A DNA stretch of 64,000 bases from Capsulimonadaceae bacterium (lineage in GTDB: Bacteria; Armatimonadota; Armatimonadia; Armatimonadales; Capsulimonadaceae), in contig OZ244065.1 of NCBI GenBank assembly GCA_965215505.1, forward strand, positions 3,680,001 to 3,744,000, written 5' to 3'. The notes beneath the pieces were generated by a model. The model was not told the DNA's origin. It saw nothing but the letters and a program-made list of their open reading frames with translations, and made no database searches. The translations under genes and the position numbers were made by a program. Positions 40,120 to 49,858 of this stretch are shown one piece after another (position 1 is the first letter of the stretch; every line of letters starts with the position of its first letter).

Positions 40120-40925
40120 TAGTGCAGCGGCGGCATAGATACTTATGGCTCTGTCACCTCCTATCTTTGCGACAAGTGGGACGATTGCTCTTGTGTCACC
40201 GATCCACCCAAGTACCTCTGCTGCGCTTGTGCATATATCCGTGTCGGGATTATCTAAGGCCGCAAGTAAAGGCTCTACCGCAGGCCCCCCTATGTCGGCT
40301 AACTTGCGCTTCACTGTCCGTGCGTCGGAAAATATTTTACTGTCCAAATGCTTGATGGCTTCAAGCAAGTCCATCTGCGCTTCAGGTTTCGGAGAAATCC
40401 ACTTCGTAAAACCAGTCCAGCTAGCTACCATCTTGTCAAAAATGGTATCCAGAGTAACCCCGTTATAGACCAGAAGCCTGCTGACGTTGAAGGCAGCTAG
40501 GAAACACTCGAAAACAAAATTAGCACCGTTCGGAAACCCCTTCAAGCGGTACGTGACAAGCGCTGCAAAAACATACCACGAGATGAACCCCAAGTAGAAT
40601 AGGTTAGTTACCGTCCTCCAAATGAGGTAGCCGGTTCCAGATTTTGTCAATACGGTCTTCAACCGCCCTTGCGCCTCTGCGGATTTTTGTAGGATAATCC
40701 CACCTAAGATAGCGCCAAGGGTAGCGACAATCAATACGCCAGCCAGTGTGGAAATGAAGAAGTTGTTTATCATAATGAAATCAGCCCATACCTTTCTGAT
40801 GTCATTAGTATAGCATAAACCATATCAGTCAGGCGGAATCTGATCCGATTTTGCATGGGTCAGGATACAGGCTTTGAGACACACTCCGACGTTAGAACAT
40901 CAACCCCTTGTAGATACGCGACGCG

Positions 40926-41012
40926 CATTCACCAGGTACAATTCACCGGTGGATACCGACCAACCGTGGCTCTTCTGGCCCTTGACCTCTGACTCGCGCC
41001 GTGTGCCCATCC
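40926..41012 (+). repeat. Degenerate duplicate of the glgB promoter and first ~20 codons
   Basis: Aligns with 41812-41900 (caggtacaat...tggctcttctggccctYgacc...ctcgcgccgt). Confidence 0.8.
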
Positions 41013-41149
41013 AGGTGGTACTCGTCAAGTTCTTCGGCACGCACGCCGAGTACGACAAGATTGACGCCCTGACGGTTGGCATGCCGCAGCCGAAGTCTGG
41101 AACGGAGCGGGCAAAGCCGCAGGCGGAAGAGGAGGAGGAAGATTTATGA
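41009..41149 (+). pseudogene. higB: C-terminal remnant of a HigB toxin
   Basis: VKFFGTHAEYDKIDA is the characteristic HigB C-terminus; the N-terminus is absent. Confidence 0.8.
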
Positions 41150-41499
41150 GCATCAAACCGATCAGGTCCGACGCGGACTACGACGCTGCGCTTGAGGAAA
41201 TCGAGCGCCTATTCGCCTCGGAGCCTGGCACGGAGGATGCGGACCGCCTCGAAGTCTTGCTGGTTCTCGCGCAGGACTATCAGGGGCGACGCTTTCCCGT
41301 TGGGCCGCCCGACATGCAATCGGCCATCATGTACGAGCTGGACAAGCGCGGCCTCGCGCGCGGGGCGATGACCACTCGTGAGGGTGTGGAAATGCACGCC
41401 GTCGGCGATACCCGCCAGGGCGTGCAGACTTCCGTTGTCAACGTCGGCAGTGTTGAAACGGGGCGGAAAACGGGGGCCGCTCAACGGTCCAGGACATGA
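41146..41499 (+). CDS. higA: HigA-type antitoxin; HTH appears truncated or replaced
   Basis: IKPIRSDADYDAALEEIERLF..PGTEDADRLEVL; ATGA overlap. Confidence 0.75.
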   Translation: MSIKPIRSDADYDAALEEIERLFASEPGTEDADRLEVLLVLAQDYQGRRFPVGPPDMQSAIMYELDKRGLARGAMTTREGVEMHAVGDTRQGVQTSVVNVGSVETGRKTGAAQRSRT

Positions 41500-41708
41500 C
41501 TTTGAAGGGAGAGGTGGATTGCGTCTTTTTCTTCCTCCGTGAGCGTCGCCTGAAAAGCCCTGATGCCATCCAAGTAGGACGGCCCGCCTTCCACCCATCG
41601 CGACTTAATGCCGACCTTGTCCCGTTGAATCTTCGCGTCTGCCGCGCGCGGCCGTGCCGTCTTCTTTCCACATCGCTGACAGCCGCCTAGGCTTTTGTGT
41701 AATGCCAT
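41481..41708 (-). CDS. Possible small hypothetical protein (75 aa)
   Basis: AGGAG upstream of ATG 41708; no recognised domain. Confidence 0.3.
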   Translation of the reverse strand: MALHKSLGGCQRCGKKTARPRAADAKIQRDKVGIKSRWVEGGPSYLDGIRAFQATLTEEEKDAIHLSLQSHVLDR

Positions 41709-41834
41709 TGAACTCTCCTGCCCCCATGTTACCATAATCTCATCCGTTCGTTCAGAGCGCAACGGGTTTGAAGCCGTGGCAAGACCTGCGCCCTCATAGT
41801 CACGTCCGGCCCATTCCGCAGGTACAATGTTCTC

Positions 41835-43862
41835 ATGGACACCGATCGACCCCTGGCTCTTCTGGCCCTCGACCCCTGGCTCGCGCCGTATGCCTATCAG
41901 CTCCGGCAGCGGCAGGCGCACTACGGACGGCTGCGCGCGGCCATTGACGGCACGGGGGGCCTGCTGGGGCCGATCAGTGCGGGGCACCACTTCTTCGGGT
42001 TCACGCGCGGCGAACAAGACGGAAAAGCGGGCGTGTGGTATCGGGAGTGGGCACCGGGGGCGGACGCGGTCTCTTTGACCGGGGACTTCAACGGGTGGGA
42101 CCGCGACAGCCACCCGCTGGCCCGCGACCCGTGGGGCGTCTGGGAGCGGTTCTTCCCGGACGACGCTGTGGGCGGGGCACTGGCGCACGGGGGTCGGGTC
42201 AAGGCGCATGTCGTGGGGGGCGGGGTCTGGCGGGACCGCATCCCCGCCTACGCCCGGCGCGTGGTGCAGGAGGGGGAGGGCGGGGAGTTCAACGCCGTCG
42301 TCTGGCTGCCGCCGCCGTTCGAGTTCCAGAACGCGGTCCCCGAGACGAAGGGCGGGCTGCGGATCTACGAGGCGCACGTCGGCATGGCGCGCGAGGAGGG
42401 GCGGGTCGGGACGTTCGCGGAGTTCGCGCGGGACGTTTTGCCGCGCATCGCCGGGCTGGGGTACAACGCCGTGCAGCTCATGGCGGTCATGGAACACCCC
42501 TACTACGGCTCCTTCGGCTACCACGTTTCGTCGTTCTTCGCCGTCTCCTCGCGCTTCGGGACGCCGGAAGATTTGAAGCAGTTGATAGACGCCGCCCACG
42601 GGCTGGGCCTGCGCGTCCTGCTCGACATCGTGCATTCCCACGCGGTCAAGAACGTCCTGGAAGGGCTGAACCGCTTCGACGGCACGGATTTCCAGTACTT
42701 CCACGCCGGGGCGCGCGGCCTGCACCCGGCCTGGGACTCTTTGACTTTCGATTATGCCAAGTACGAAGTCCAGCGATTTTTGCTCAGTAACGTCCGTTTC
42801 TGGCTGGAAGAGTTCCAGTTTGACGGCCTGCGCTTCGACGGCGTGACGTCCATGCTCTACCACGACCACGGGCTGAACCGGGTCTTCACCAGCTACGAAG
42901 ACTACTTCGGTGGGAATGTGGACGGGGATGCCGTCGCCTACTTGCAGGCCGCGAACGACCTGGCCCGCGCCGTCCGCCCGGCCGTCGTGACCATCGCCGA
43001 GGACGTTTCCGGGATGCCGGGCGCGGCCCGCCCCGTGGCGGAGGGCGGCCTGGGCTTCGACTACCGCCTGGCGATGGGCGTCCCGGACTACTGGACCAAG
43101 CTGATCAAGGAGACGCCCGACGAGGGCTGGCCGCTGGGCGCGGTCTACCACGAACTCTTGGACCGACGGCCCGGCGAGAAGCGCGTCGGCTACGTCGAGA
43201 GCCACGACCAGTCTTTGGTGGGGGACCAGACCCTTGCCTTCCGGCTGATGGGCCAGGAGATGTACTGGAACATGGGCGTGGAGAGCGAGAGCGTCGTCGT
43301 CGAGCGCGGCCTCGCCCTGCTGAAGCTGATCCGGCTGCTGACCTTCAGCCTGGCCGGGGAAGCGTGGCTGTCCTTCATCGGCAACGAGTTCGGCCACCCC
43401 GAGTGGGTGGACTTCCCGCGCGAGGGCAACGGGTTCTCCTACCACTATGCCCGGCGTCAGTGGTCGCTGGCCGAAGACCCGCGCCTGCGCTACCACTTCC
43501 TGAACGATTTCGACCGGGCGATGCTGGCCCTAGACACCGAGTTTGGCCTGCTGCCGGACGCCCTGATCGAACAACTGGCCCTGCACGAAGACACGCGGCA
43601 GCTCGTCTACCGGCGCGGGCCGCTTGTCTTCGCCTTCAACTTCCATCCCACGCAGTCCTACGCCAGCCTGCGTATCCCCGTGCCCGACGATGCCGACTAC
43701 CGCGTGGTCCTGGACACCGACGCCGCCCCGCTGGGCGGGTGGGGGCGCGTCGCCGAGGGCACGGTGTACCCGGTCCAGCCCGTCCCGATGTACGGGCGCG
43801 GGCGGAGCGTCCAGATCTATCTGCCCTCCCGGAGCGCGCAGGTGCTCGCGCCGGTCGGATAG
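41835..43862 (+). CDS. glgB: 1,4-alpha-glucan branching enzyme (GH13, eukaryote/Bacteroidota-like type)
   Basis: YREWAPGA, IYEAHVGMA, SFGYHV, LRFDGVTSM, IAEDVSG, ESHDQ. Confidence 0.95.
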   Translation: MDTDRPLALLALDPWLAPYAYQLRQRQAHYGRLRAAIDGTGGLLGPISAGHHFFGFTRGEQDGKAGVWYREWAPGADAVSLTGDFNGWDRDSHPLARDPWGVWERFFPDDAVGGALAHGGRVKAHVVGGGVWRDRIPAYARRVVQEGEGGEFNAVVWLPPPFEFQNAVPETKGGLRIYEAHVGMAREEGRVGTFAEFARDVLPRIAGLGYNAVQLMAVMEHPYYGSFGYHVSSFFAVSSRFGTPEDLKQLIDAAHGLGLRVLLDIVHSHAVKNVLEGLNRFDGTDFQYFHAGARGLHPAWDSLTFDYAKYEVQRFLLSNVRFWLEEFQFDGLRFDGVTSMLYHDHGLNRVFTSYEDYFGGNVDGDAVAYLQAANDLARAVRPAVVTIAEDVSGMPGAARPVAEGGLGFDYRLAMGVPDYWTKLIKETPDEGWPLGAVYHELLDRRPGEKRVGYVESHDQSLVGDQTLAFRLMGQEMYWNMGVESESVVVERGLALLKLIRLLTFSLAGEAWLSFIGNEFGHPEWVDFPREGNGFSYHYARRQWSLAEDPRLRYHFLNDFDRAMLALDTEFGLLPDALIEQLALHEDTRQLVYRRGPLVFAFNFHPTQSYASLRIPVPDDADYRVVLDTDAAPLGGWGRVAEGTVYPVQPVPMYGRGRSVQIYLPSRSAQVLAPVG

Positions 43863-43904
43863 GGAGAGGGGAGGCGAGGCAGCAGGATAGGACGAGCGGA
43901 TAAG

Positions 43905-44056
43905 ACGAGTGATTGAAATCACTCGCTACGGCAAAATTTGTCCAGGGGACAAGGGGAACCAAATGATGCCGGTTGTCCGCCGGTCCCCCTCTTCTGTCTT
44001 TATTATCTTCTGTCCCCTGGACAGGTCCCAATCAGCGAGTGATTTCAATCACTCGT
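43905..44056. repeat. REPIN-like inverted pair
   Basis: ACGAGTGATTGAAATCACTCGCT..TGTCCAGGGGACA and its reverse complement. Confidence 0.8.
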
Positions 44057-44156
44057 CCTATCCGCTTGCCCCATCCCGCGCCCATTCTCGCGCTCCCGTC
44101 CCGCCGCAGAAGGAAATCCCCCCGCCCGCCGCGAACAACCGGCCCAGAGGTCCCTC

Positions 44157-44492
44157 ATGAAAACACCGATCGCCCTGCTCCTCCTGGTCGCGGCGGCGGG
44201 CCTGGAGGCGGGCGGGGACGCACTCGTCCGGGGGGGATTGTTCGGCCCGACCCCCCTGCGCCGCGCCCTGCTGCTGGCGCTGGGCGCGCTGGTCCTGTTC
44301 GCCTACGGCTGCTTCGTCAACCTGCCGCGCTGGGACTTCGGGCGGCTGCTCGGGGTCTACGTTGCCGCGTTCTTCGTCGTCGCCCAGATCATCAACTGGG
44401 CCGGCTTCGGCCAGAAGCCGACCCTGCCGATCCTCGTCGGCGGCGGCCTCATCGTCGGCGGCGGGCTGGTCATCACGCTCTGGAGGGCCTAG
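44157..44492 (+). CDS. Small 4-TM SMR/YnfA-like membrane protein
   Basis: AAGLEAGGDAL, DFGRLLGVYVA. Confidence 0.8.
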   Translation: MKTPIALLLLVAAAGLEAGGDALVRGGLFGPTPLRRALLLALGALVLFAYGCFVNLPRWDFGRLLGVYVAAFFVVAQIINWAGFGQKPTLPILVGGGLIVGGGLVITLWRA

Positions 44493-45401
44493 TTGCAGAA
44501 ACCATCCCATGCGGAGCGTCACGCGGGGAACCCGGTCCTCCCCGGCTGGTGTGCCGACCCAGAATTGCACATCTTTGAGGGCCGCTACTACCTCTACCCG
44601 ACCTACTCGGCGGAGTACGAGAAGCAAACCTTCTTTGAGGCTTTCTCGTCTGCGGACCTGACTGATTGGCGCAGCGAAGGCCGGATACTGGACTTCGCCG
44701 ACGTGCCGTGGAGTACGAACCGGGCCGCCTGGGCACCGTCCGCCATCGAGCGAGGCGGGCGGTACTTCTTCTACTTCTCGGCGGGCGACGGCGCGGGCCT
44801 GGGCGTCGCCGTCGCCGACCGCCCCGCCGGCCCGTTCCGCGATGCCCTGGGCAAGCCGCTGGTGGCCGACTACCCGCACGGCGCGCAGCCGATTGACGCC
44901 CACGCCTTCCTGGATGACGACGGGCAGGCGTACCTCTACTTCGGCGGGTGGAGACACGCCGTGGTCGCCCGTTTGAACGAGGACATGGTCTCGCTGGACG
45001 GCGGGTTTATGGAGATCACGCCCGATAACTACGTCGAAGGGCCGTTCATGCTCAAACGGCAGGGCGTCTACTACTTCATGTGGTCGGAAGGCGGCTGGAC
45101 CGATTCGAGCTACGCCGTCGCCTATGCCAGAGCGTCCTCGCCGCTCGGCCCGTTCACCCGCGTGGGTCGCATCCTGGAGAACGACCCTGCCGTCGGCCTG
45201 GGCGCGGGGCACCATTCGGCGCTCTGTTACCCCGGCAGCGACGACTGGTACATCGCCTACCACCGCCGCCCGCTTGAGGAGACGAACGGCCACCACCGGG
45301 TGGTCTGCATCGACCGGATGCATTTCGACGACGCGGGCGACATCCTGCCGGTCGTCCTGACCCATGAGGGGGTCACGGCCCGGCCTCTGCCCGGCGCTTG
45401 A
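44493..45401 (+). CDS. Glycoside hydrolase family 43
   Basis: ADP, WAP, IDAH, EGP, GHHS motifs. Confidence 0.92.
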   Translation: MQKPSHAERHAGNPVLPGWCADPELHIFEGRYYLYPTYSAEYEKQTFFEAFSSADLTDWRSEGRILDFADVPWSTNRAAWAPSAIERGGRYFFYFSAGDGAGLGVAVADRPAGPFRDALGKPLVADYPHGAQPIDAHAFLDDDGQAYLYFGGWRHAVVARLNEDMVSLDGGFMEITPDNYVEGPFMLKRQGVYYFMWSEGGWTDSSYAVAYARASSPLGPFTRVGRILENDPAVGLGAGHHSALCYPGSDDWYIAYHRRPLEETNGHHRVVCIDRMHFDDAGDILPVVLTHEGVTARPLPGA

Positions 45402-45474
45402 CCCGCCGGGAGCCTGACACGCTTCTACCCGACATAGGCCGCCGTTTTATGACAAGCACACAGGAGAAAACACC

Positions 45475-45798
45475 ATGATCGTCGCGACCACGCCCGACAT
45501 CGCCGGGCAGCGCATCGAGCGGACTCTGGGACAGGCGTTCGGCGTCGTCGTCCGCAGCCGGGGCATCGGCGGCAACCTGATGGCGGGGCTGCGCTCGCTG
45601 GCCGGGGGCGAGATCACCGAATACACGGAGATGCTGGAAGAGGCGCGGCGGCACGCCCTGGACCGGATGGTCCGGAATGCGACCGAGATGGGCGCGAACG
45701 CCGTCGTCGCCATGCGCTTCGACTCGTCCGAGATCGGGGACACCATGAGCGAGATCGTCGCCTATGGCACGGCCGTCGTCACCGCCCCGGCGGTCTGA
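45475..45798 (+). CDS. YbjQ/UPF0145 family protein
   Basis: GGEITEYTEML, GANAVVAMRFD, AYGTAV. Confidence 0.92.
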   Translation: MIVATTPDIAGQRIERTLGQAFGVVVRSRGIGGNLMAGLRSLAGGEITEYTEMLEEARRHALDRMVRNATEMGANAVVAMRFDSSEIGDTMSEIVAYGTAVVTAPAV

Positions 45799-45813
45799 CC
45801 GGGAGGAAGGTCC

Positions 45814-46098
45814 ATGCTCCGCCGGATAGTGCTGATCGCCGGCGGCCTGCTCCTCCTGGCCGCCCTGGTCCTGTTCACCCGCCCGCCGCTGATCGGGATC
45901 GCTCTGTATCTCGCCTTCTACGGCGTCCTCGTTGTCGGCGGCATTCTGTTCGAGCGGAGCGCCTACCGGCCCCACGTCCAGCGCACGCGGCCAGGCTGGC
46001 AGCGCACCGACGAGCGGTTCACGGACCCGGTTTACGGCGTACTGACCGAGGTCTGGTTTAACCCGGAAACCGGGGAACGCGATTACCGTCCCGTCTGA
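45814..46098 (+). CDS. Small membrane protein
   Basis: Two TM helices; WQRTDERFTDP..VWFNPETGERDY. Confidence 0.8.
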   Translation: MLRRIVLIAGGLLLLAALVLFTRPPLIGIALYLAFYGVLVVGGILFERSAYRPHVQRTRPGWQRTDERFTDPVYGVLTEVWFNPETGERDYRPV

Positions 46099-46150
46099 AC
46101 ATGGCTTCTGGATATCGCTCAACCAGAGCCATTTGGGTACAATCACGACT

Positions 46151-47830
46151 ATGAACACCAATAAGATTAATGCCCAGGATTGGGACACCGTCGCGCCGCA
46201 CTTCGCGGCGCTCGCCGACGAAGACCTGACGGCCCAAGGCGTCGGCGACTGGCTGCTGCGGTGGAGCGAGGTCGAGAAGGAACTCGGCGAGGCCGGGGCG
46301 CGGGCCGGGCGGGCGAAGTCCGAGAACACGGCGGACCAGGAGGCCGAAACCGCCTACCTGCACTTCGTCCAGGACATCATCCCCAAGTGGACAGTGGCCG
46401 CCCAGGCGCTGAAGACCAAGCTGCTGGCCGTGCCCGGCTACGAGCCTGACACCGAACACAGGCAGTTCCTGCGCCGGCTGCGCTCCGACGCCGACCTGTT
46501 CCGGGCGGAGAACGTCCCCCTCCAGGCCCAGCTCCAGACACTCGCCAACGAGTACAACAAGCTGACCGGGTCCATGACGGCCACCGTGAACGGCGAGGAG
46601 ATGACCTTGCCGCAGGTGGAGGGTCTGCTGCTCGACACGGACCGTGGCGTCCGCGAGGCCGCCTGGCGGGCGGTGCAGGAGCGGTGGCTTGCGGCCAGGG
46701 AGCCGCTGGACGCCCTGTACCTGAAGATGCTGCCGCTGCGGCGGGAGCTTGCCAAAAACGCCGGGCTGCCCGACTACCGCGCCTACATGTGGCGGGCGAT
46801 GAAGCGGTTCGACTACACGCCCGAAGACAGCCTGGCCTTCGGGGACGCCATCGAGGCCGAGGTCGTCCCGCTGGCGAAGCGGCTGCTGGAGTCGCGCCGC
46901 CGGACTTTGGGCGTGGACGCGCTGCGGCCCTGGGACCTTGCCGCCGACCCCGAGAACCGTGCCCCGCTCCGGCCCTTCGCCGACGTCGCCGAACTCGAAG
47001 AGGGGACCGCGCGCATCTTCGCCAACGTGGACCCCGCCCTCGGCGCGGACTTTGAAAAGTTCCGCCAGGGGTTCCTGGACCTCGGCTCGCGCAAGGGCAA
47101 AGCGCCGGGCGGCTACTGCTCGTTCTTCCCCAAGACCGGCCTCCCCTACATCTTCATGAACGCCGTCGGGACGGAAGGCGACGTCCGCACCATGCTCCAC
47201 GAGGGCGGCCACGCCTTCCACGGGCTGGCCTCAAGCGCCACCCAGCCCCTGCTGTGGAACCGGGGTGCGCCGATGGAGTTCAACGAGGTCGCCTCCATGG
47301 CGATGGAATTGCTGGCCCTGCCGTATTTGGAGAAAGAGCAGGGCGGGTTCTACACGTCGGAAGAAGCCGCCCGCGCCCGGCAGGAGCAGCTCGAGCGCAT
47401 CGTCATGTTCCTGCCCTACATGGCGGTCGTGGACGGCTTCCAGCACTGGGTCTACAGCGAAGCGCCGGACGACGTGACGGCTAAAGACCTGGACGCGCGC
47501 TGGGACCTGCTCTGGACCCGCTTCATGGGCGGGACGGACTGGGCGGGCCTTGAAGCCGAGCGGCAGACGGGCTGGCACCGCAAGCTGCACATCTTCACGG
47601 TCCCGTTCTACTACGTCGAGTACGGCCTGGCCCAGCTCGGCGCGTTGCAGGTCTGGCGCAACGCCCTCGCCGACCAGGCGGACGCCGTGCGCCGCTACCG
47701 GTCTGCCCTGGCCCTGGGCAACACGCGCCCCCTGCCGGACCTCTACGCCGAGGCCGGCGCGCGCCTGGCCTTCGACCGCGAGACGGTGGGCGAACTGGCG
47801 CGACTGGTGGAGTCGCACCTAGAGGCGTAA
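46151..47830 (+). CDS. M3 family oligoendopeptidase
   Basis: GKAPGGYC, HEGGH, EVAS, PFYYVEY. Confidence 0.93.
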   Translation: MNTNKINAQDWDTVAPHFAALADEDLTAQGVGDWLLRWSEVEKELGEAGARAGRAKSENTADQEAETAYLHFVQDIIPKWTVAAQALKTKLLAVPGYEPDTEHRQFLRRLRSDADLFRAENVPLQAQLQTLANEYNKLTGSMTATVNGEEMTLPQVEGLLLDTDRGVREAAWRAVQERWLAAREPLDALYLKMLPLRRELAKNAGLPDYRAYMWRAMKRFDYTPEDSLAFGDAIEAEVVPLAKRLLESRRRTLGVDALRPWDLAADPENRAPLRPFADVAELEEGTARIFANVDPALGADFEKFRQGFLDLGSRKGKAPGGYCSFFPKTGLPYIFMNAVGTEGDVRTMLHEGGHAFHGLASSATQPLLWNRGAPMEFNEVASMAMELLALPYLEKEQGGFYTSEEAARARQEQLERIVMFLPYMAVVDGFQHWVYSEAPDDVTAKDLDARWDLLWTRFMGGTDWAGLEAERQTGWHRKLHIFTVPFYYVEYGLAQLGALQVWRNALADQADAVRRYRSALALGNTRPLPDLYAEAGARLAFDRETVGELARLVESHLEA

Positions 47831-47831
47831 C

Positions 47832-48152
47832 GTGAAGCTCCTCGTCGCCACCGGGTTGGTCCTTGGTTTCGCTTACGAGTTCGGTATGACCTGGTATGCG
47901 ACCCAGGCTCCACAAGTGCGCGACAGGCCACACTTCGGGCTGGACGTTTTCATCTTGTATGGGCTGGTTGGTGCGTTCTGGGGCTGCCTACTGGCTGCGG
48001 CTGTCGGCGCTGGGTATCGCAAGCTGAGGGAGCGGCACAAGGTCAACGTAGCCGAGTTGATACGGCAGGCAGATAAGATTCCAGCAGGAGATCAAGGAGT
48101 TTGGCCCCCTCCGCCGATTGACAGGGCTGCGGACAAGAGGAACCCGCGATGA
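47832..48152 (+). CDS. Small membrane protein with a GVWPPPP tail
   Basis: Two TM helices; adjoins both neighbouring genes. Confidence 0.6.
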   Translation: MKLLVATGLVLGFAYEFGMTWYATQAPQVRDRPHFGLDVFILYGLVGAFWGCLLAAAVGAGYRKLRERHKVNVAELIRQADKIPAGDQGVWPPPPIDRAADKRNPR

Positions 48153-48364
48153 CAATCACACAGCACCCCACGGCGCGGCAGCTCCTTGCTATGCCGGAAG
48201 CGGAGCGGGGCCGCATCCTCGCGGCAGCCGCCGCCCATGCCGCGCCGCTGTATGAGGCCGACCTTGTCCTGCCGCCGGAGCAGCGCGAGCTGACCGCCCT
48301 GTCGGCGATAGAGGACGATATTCATGACTACCACCGTGAGGGTGTCATGGACAGAGACGAGTGA
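48149..48364 (+). CDS. Small acidic protein, orphan antitoxin-like
   Basis: ARQLLAMPEAERGRILAAAA..LYE; ATGA overlap; 3' end runs into a REP. Confidence 0.5.
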   Translation: MTITQHPTARQLLAMPEAERGRILAAAAAHAAPLYEADLVLPPEQRELTALSAIEDDIHDYHREGVMDRDE

Positions 48365-48511
48365 TTAAAATCACTCGCTCCGGTCGGACCTGTCCAGGGG
48401 ACAGAAGAGGGATGAAATAGAAGAGGGGAGGGGATGAAGTTAGGGTAGCCTCACCCTGTTTCCGCGTCCCCTGGACGCTTCCTATCGCAGCGAGTGATTT
48501 CAATCACTCGT
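48357..48511. repeat. REPIN-like inverted pair, same family as 43905
   Basis: GAGTGATTAAAATCACTC..TGTCCAGGGGACA / TCCCCTGGAC..GAGTGATTTCAATCACTC. Confidence 0.8.
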
Positions 48512-48574
48512 CCAATCCTGTCCGATCCTCCAATCCTTCGCCTCGGCTCTCTGACGCCGCCGGACCTTACGCCC

Positions 48575-49159
48575 ATGACCCTGCGCCACATCCCCGCCGC
48601 GCTCGTCGCCTCGCGCCTCCTCGCCGGGCCTGTCCTGCTGTGGGCGGCTTTGGCCGGAACGGGCCGGTTCTGGCTGGTCGGCATCCTCGTGTACGTCTTC
48701 CTGTCGGACGTCTTCGACGGCGTGATCGCGCGGCGGCTCCGGGTGGTGACGGCCCGGTTGCGGGTGGCTGATAGCTGGGCGGACACCCTCTTTTACGCCT
48801 GCGTCGCCTTGGCCGTCTGGGGTTTGCACCGCGCCCTGCTCGCGCCGTTCCTCGTTCCACTGCTGATCGTCCTTGGGCTAATGGGCGTCAACTGGGGCGC
48901 TGCAATGCTCAGGTTCCATCGCGCTCTGAGCTTTCACGCCTACTCCTCGAAACTCTGGGGCCTGTCGCTGTTCGCGGCGAGCGTCGCCCTGCTCGGCTTC
49001 TCCTATGCCGGGTGGTTTCTGTGGGCGGCGGTCGCGGTCGGCATCGCCGGGCACCTGGAAGGCTTCGCGATGACCCTGATCCTGCCCAATTGGGCGCACG
49101 ACGTTTCCGGCATCCCCGAGGCGCTGCGCCTTCGGGCGGCGCGGGGCCTGCTGCCTTAA
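48575..49159 (+). CDS. CDP-alcohol phosphatidyltransferase family protein
   Basis: SDVFDGVIARR...DSWAD motif; multiple TM helices. Confidence 0.88.
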   Translation: MTLRHIPAALVASRLLAGPVLLWAALAGTGRFWLVGILVYVFLSDVFDGVIARRLRVVTARLRVADSWADTLFYACVALAVWGLHRALLAPFLVPLLIVLGLMGVNWGAAMLRFHRALSFHAYSSKLWGLSLFAASVALLGFSYAGWFLWAAVAVGIAGHLEGFAMTLILPNWAHDVSGIPEALRLRAARGLLP

Positions 49160-49224
49160 TCCCGCGCGTTTTCAGGTAGAATTGCTGACAATTCAGGGGC
49201 AATCCGGGGGCAGAGGGGGAAGCG

Positions 49225-49857
49225 ATGAGAATCACCGTCACACTGGCGCGTCAGTTCGGCTGCGGCGGCTCGTACCTGGGCCAGCACGTCGCCGACGCCT
49301 TGCAGGTCCGGTGCCTGGACCGGGAGATCGTCAGCCACGCCGCCCGCGACCTCGCCGTGGATGAGGCCGAGATGGCCGCCCGTGAGGAGCGCGGGACGCC
49401 CTTCTGGGAGCGGATGCTGCGCGGCATCACCGCCTCCCCGCCCGAGGCTTTGTACCACGCCCCGGCCGTCCTGTCGGTTTCGGACCGGGAGATCTTCGAG
49501 GCCGAAACCGGGGTGATGAAGACGATCGCGGCCCGCGAGGACTGCGTGATCGTCGGGCGCATCGCCGCTCACGTCCTGCCGAAACATCCGGGCATGGTCA
49601 ACGTCTTTTTGCACGCCCCGCTCTCCTTCCGCGTCCCGCGCGTGATGGAGTATTATGGGGCTGCCGATGAGGCGGCTGCCCGCGCCATGATCGCCCAGTC
49701 GGACGGCACGCGCGAGCGGTTCATCCGCCAGATGCTCGGGCGGGAGGAGGACGACGCCCGGAGCTATCACCTGTGTTTGGACACGAGTTCGCTGCCGCTG
49801 TCCGAAATCGCCGACCTGCTGACCGACTTCGTCCGGCGGCGGACGGCGGAGGCCTGA
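49225..49857 (+). CDS. Cytidylate kinase-like family protein
   Basis: TLARQFGCGG, CVIVGR, YHLCLDTS. Confidence 0.88.
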   Translation: MRITVTLARQFGCGGSYLGQHVADALQVRCLDREIVSHAARDLAVDEAEMAAREERGTPFWERMLRGITASPPEALYHAPAVLSVSDREIFEAETGVMKTIAAREDCVIVGRIAAHVLPKHPGMVNVFLHAPLSFRVPRVMEYYGAADEAAARAMIAQSDGTRERFIRQMLGREEDDARSYHLCLDTSSLPLSEIADLLTDFVRRRTAEA

Positions 49858-49858
49858 C

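Larger units (their letters stand above)
38554..40773 (-). pseudogene. Membrane-anchored HEAT-repeat protein split by IS630
   Basis: Removing the IS restores in-frame YAAAAL-AEMGDDG; PBS-lyase HEAT-like repeats lie on both sides. Confidence 0.8.

Noticed and set aside
40926-41900. Possible DGR template/variable repeat pair
   Set aside because: Differences are not adenine-specific, they include indels, and there is no reverse transcriptase in the window
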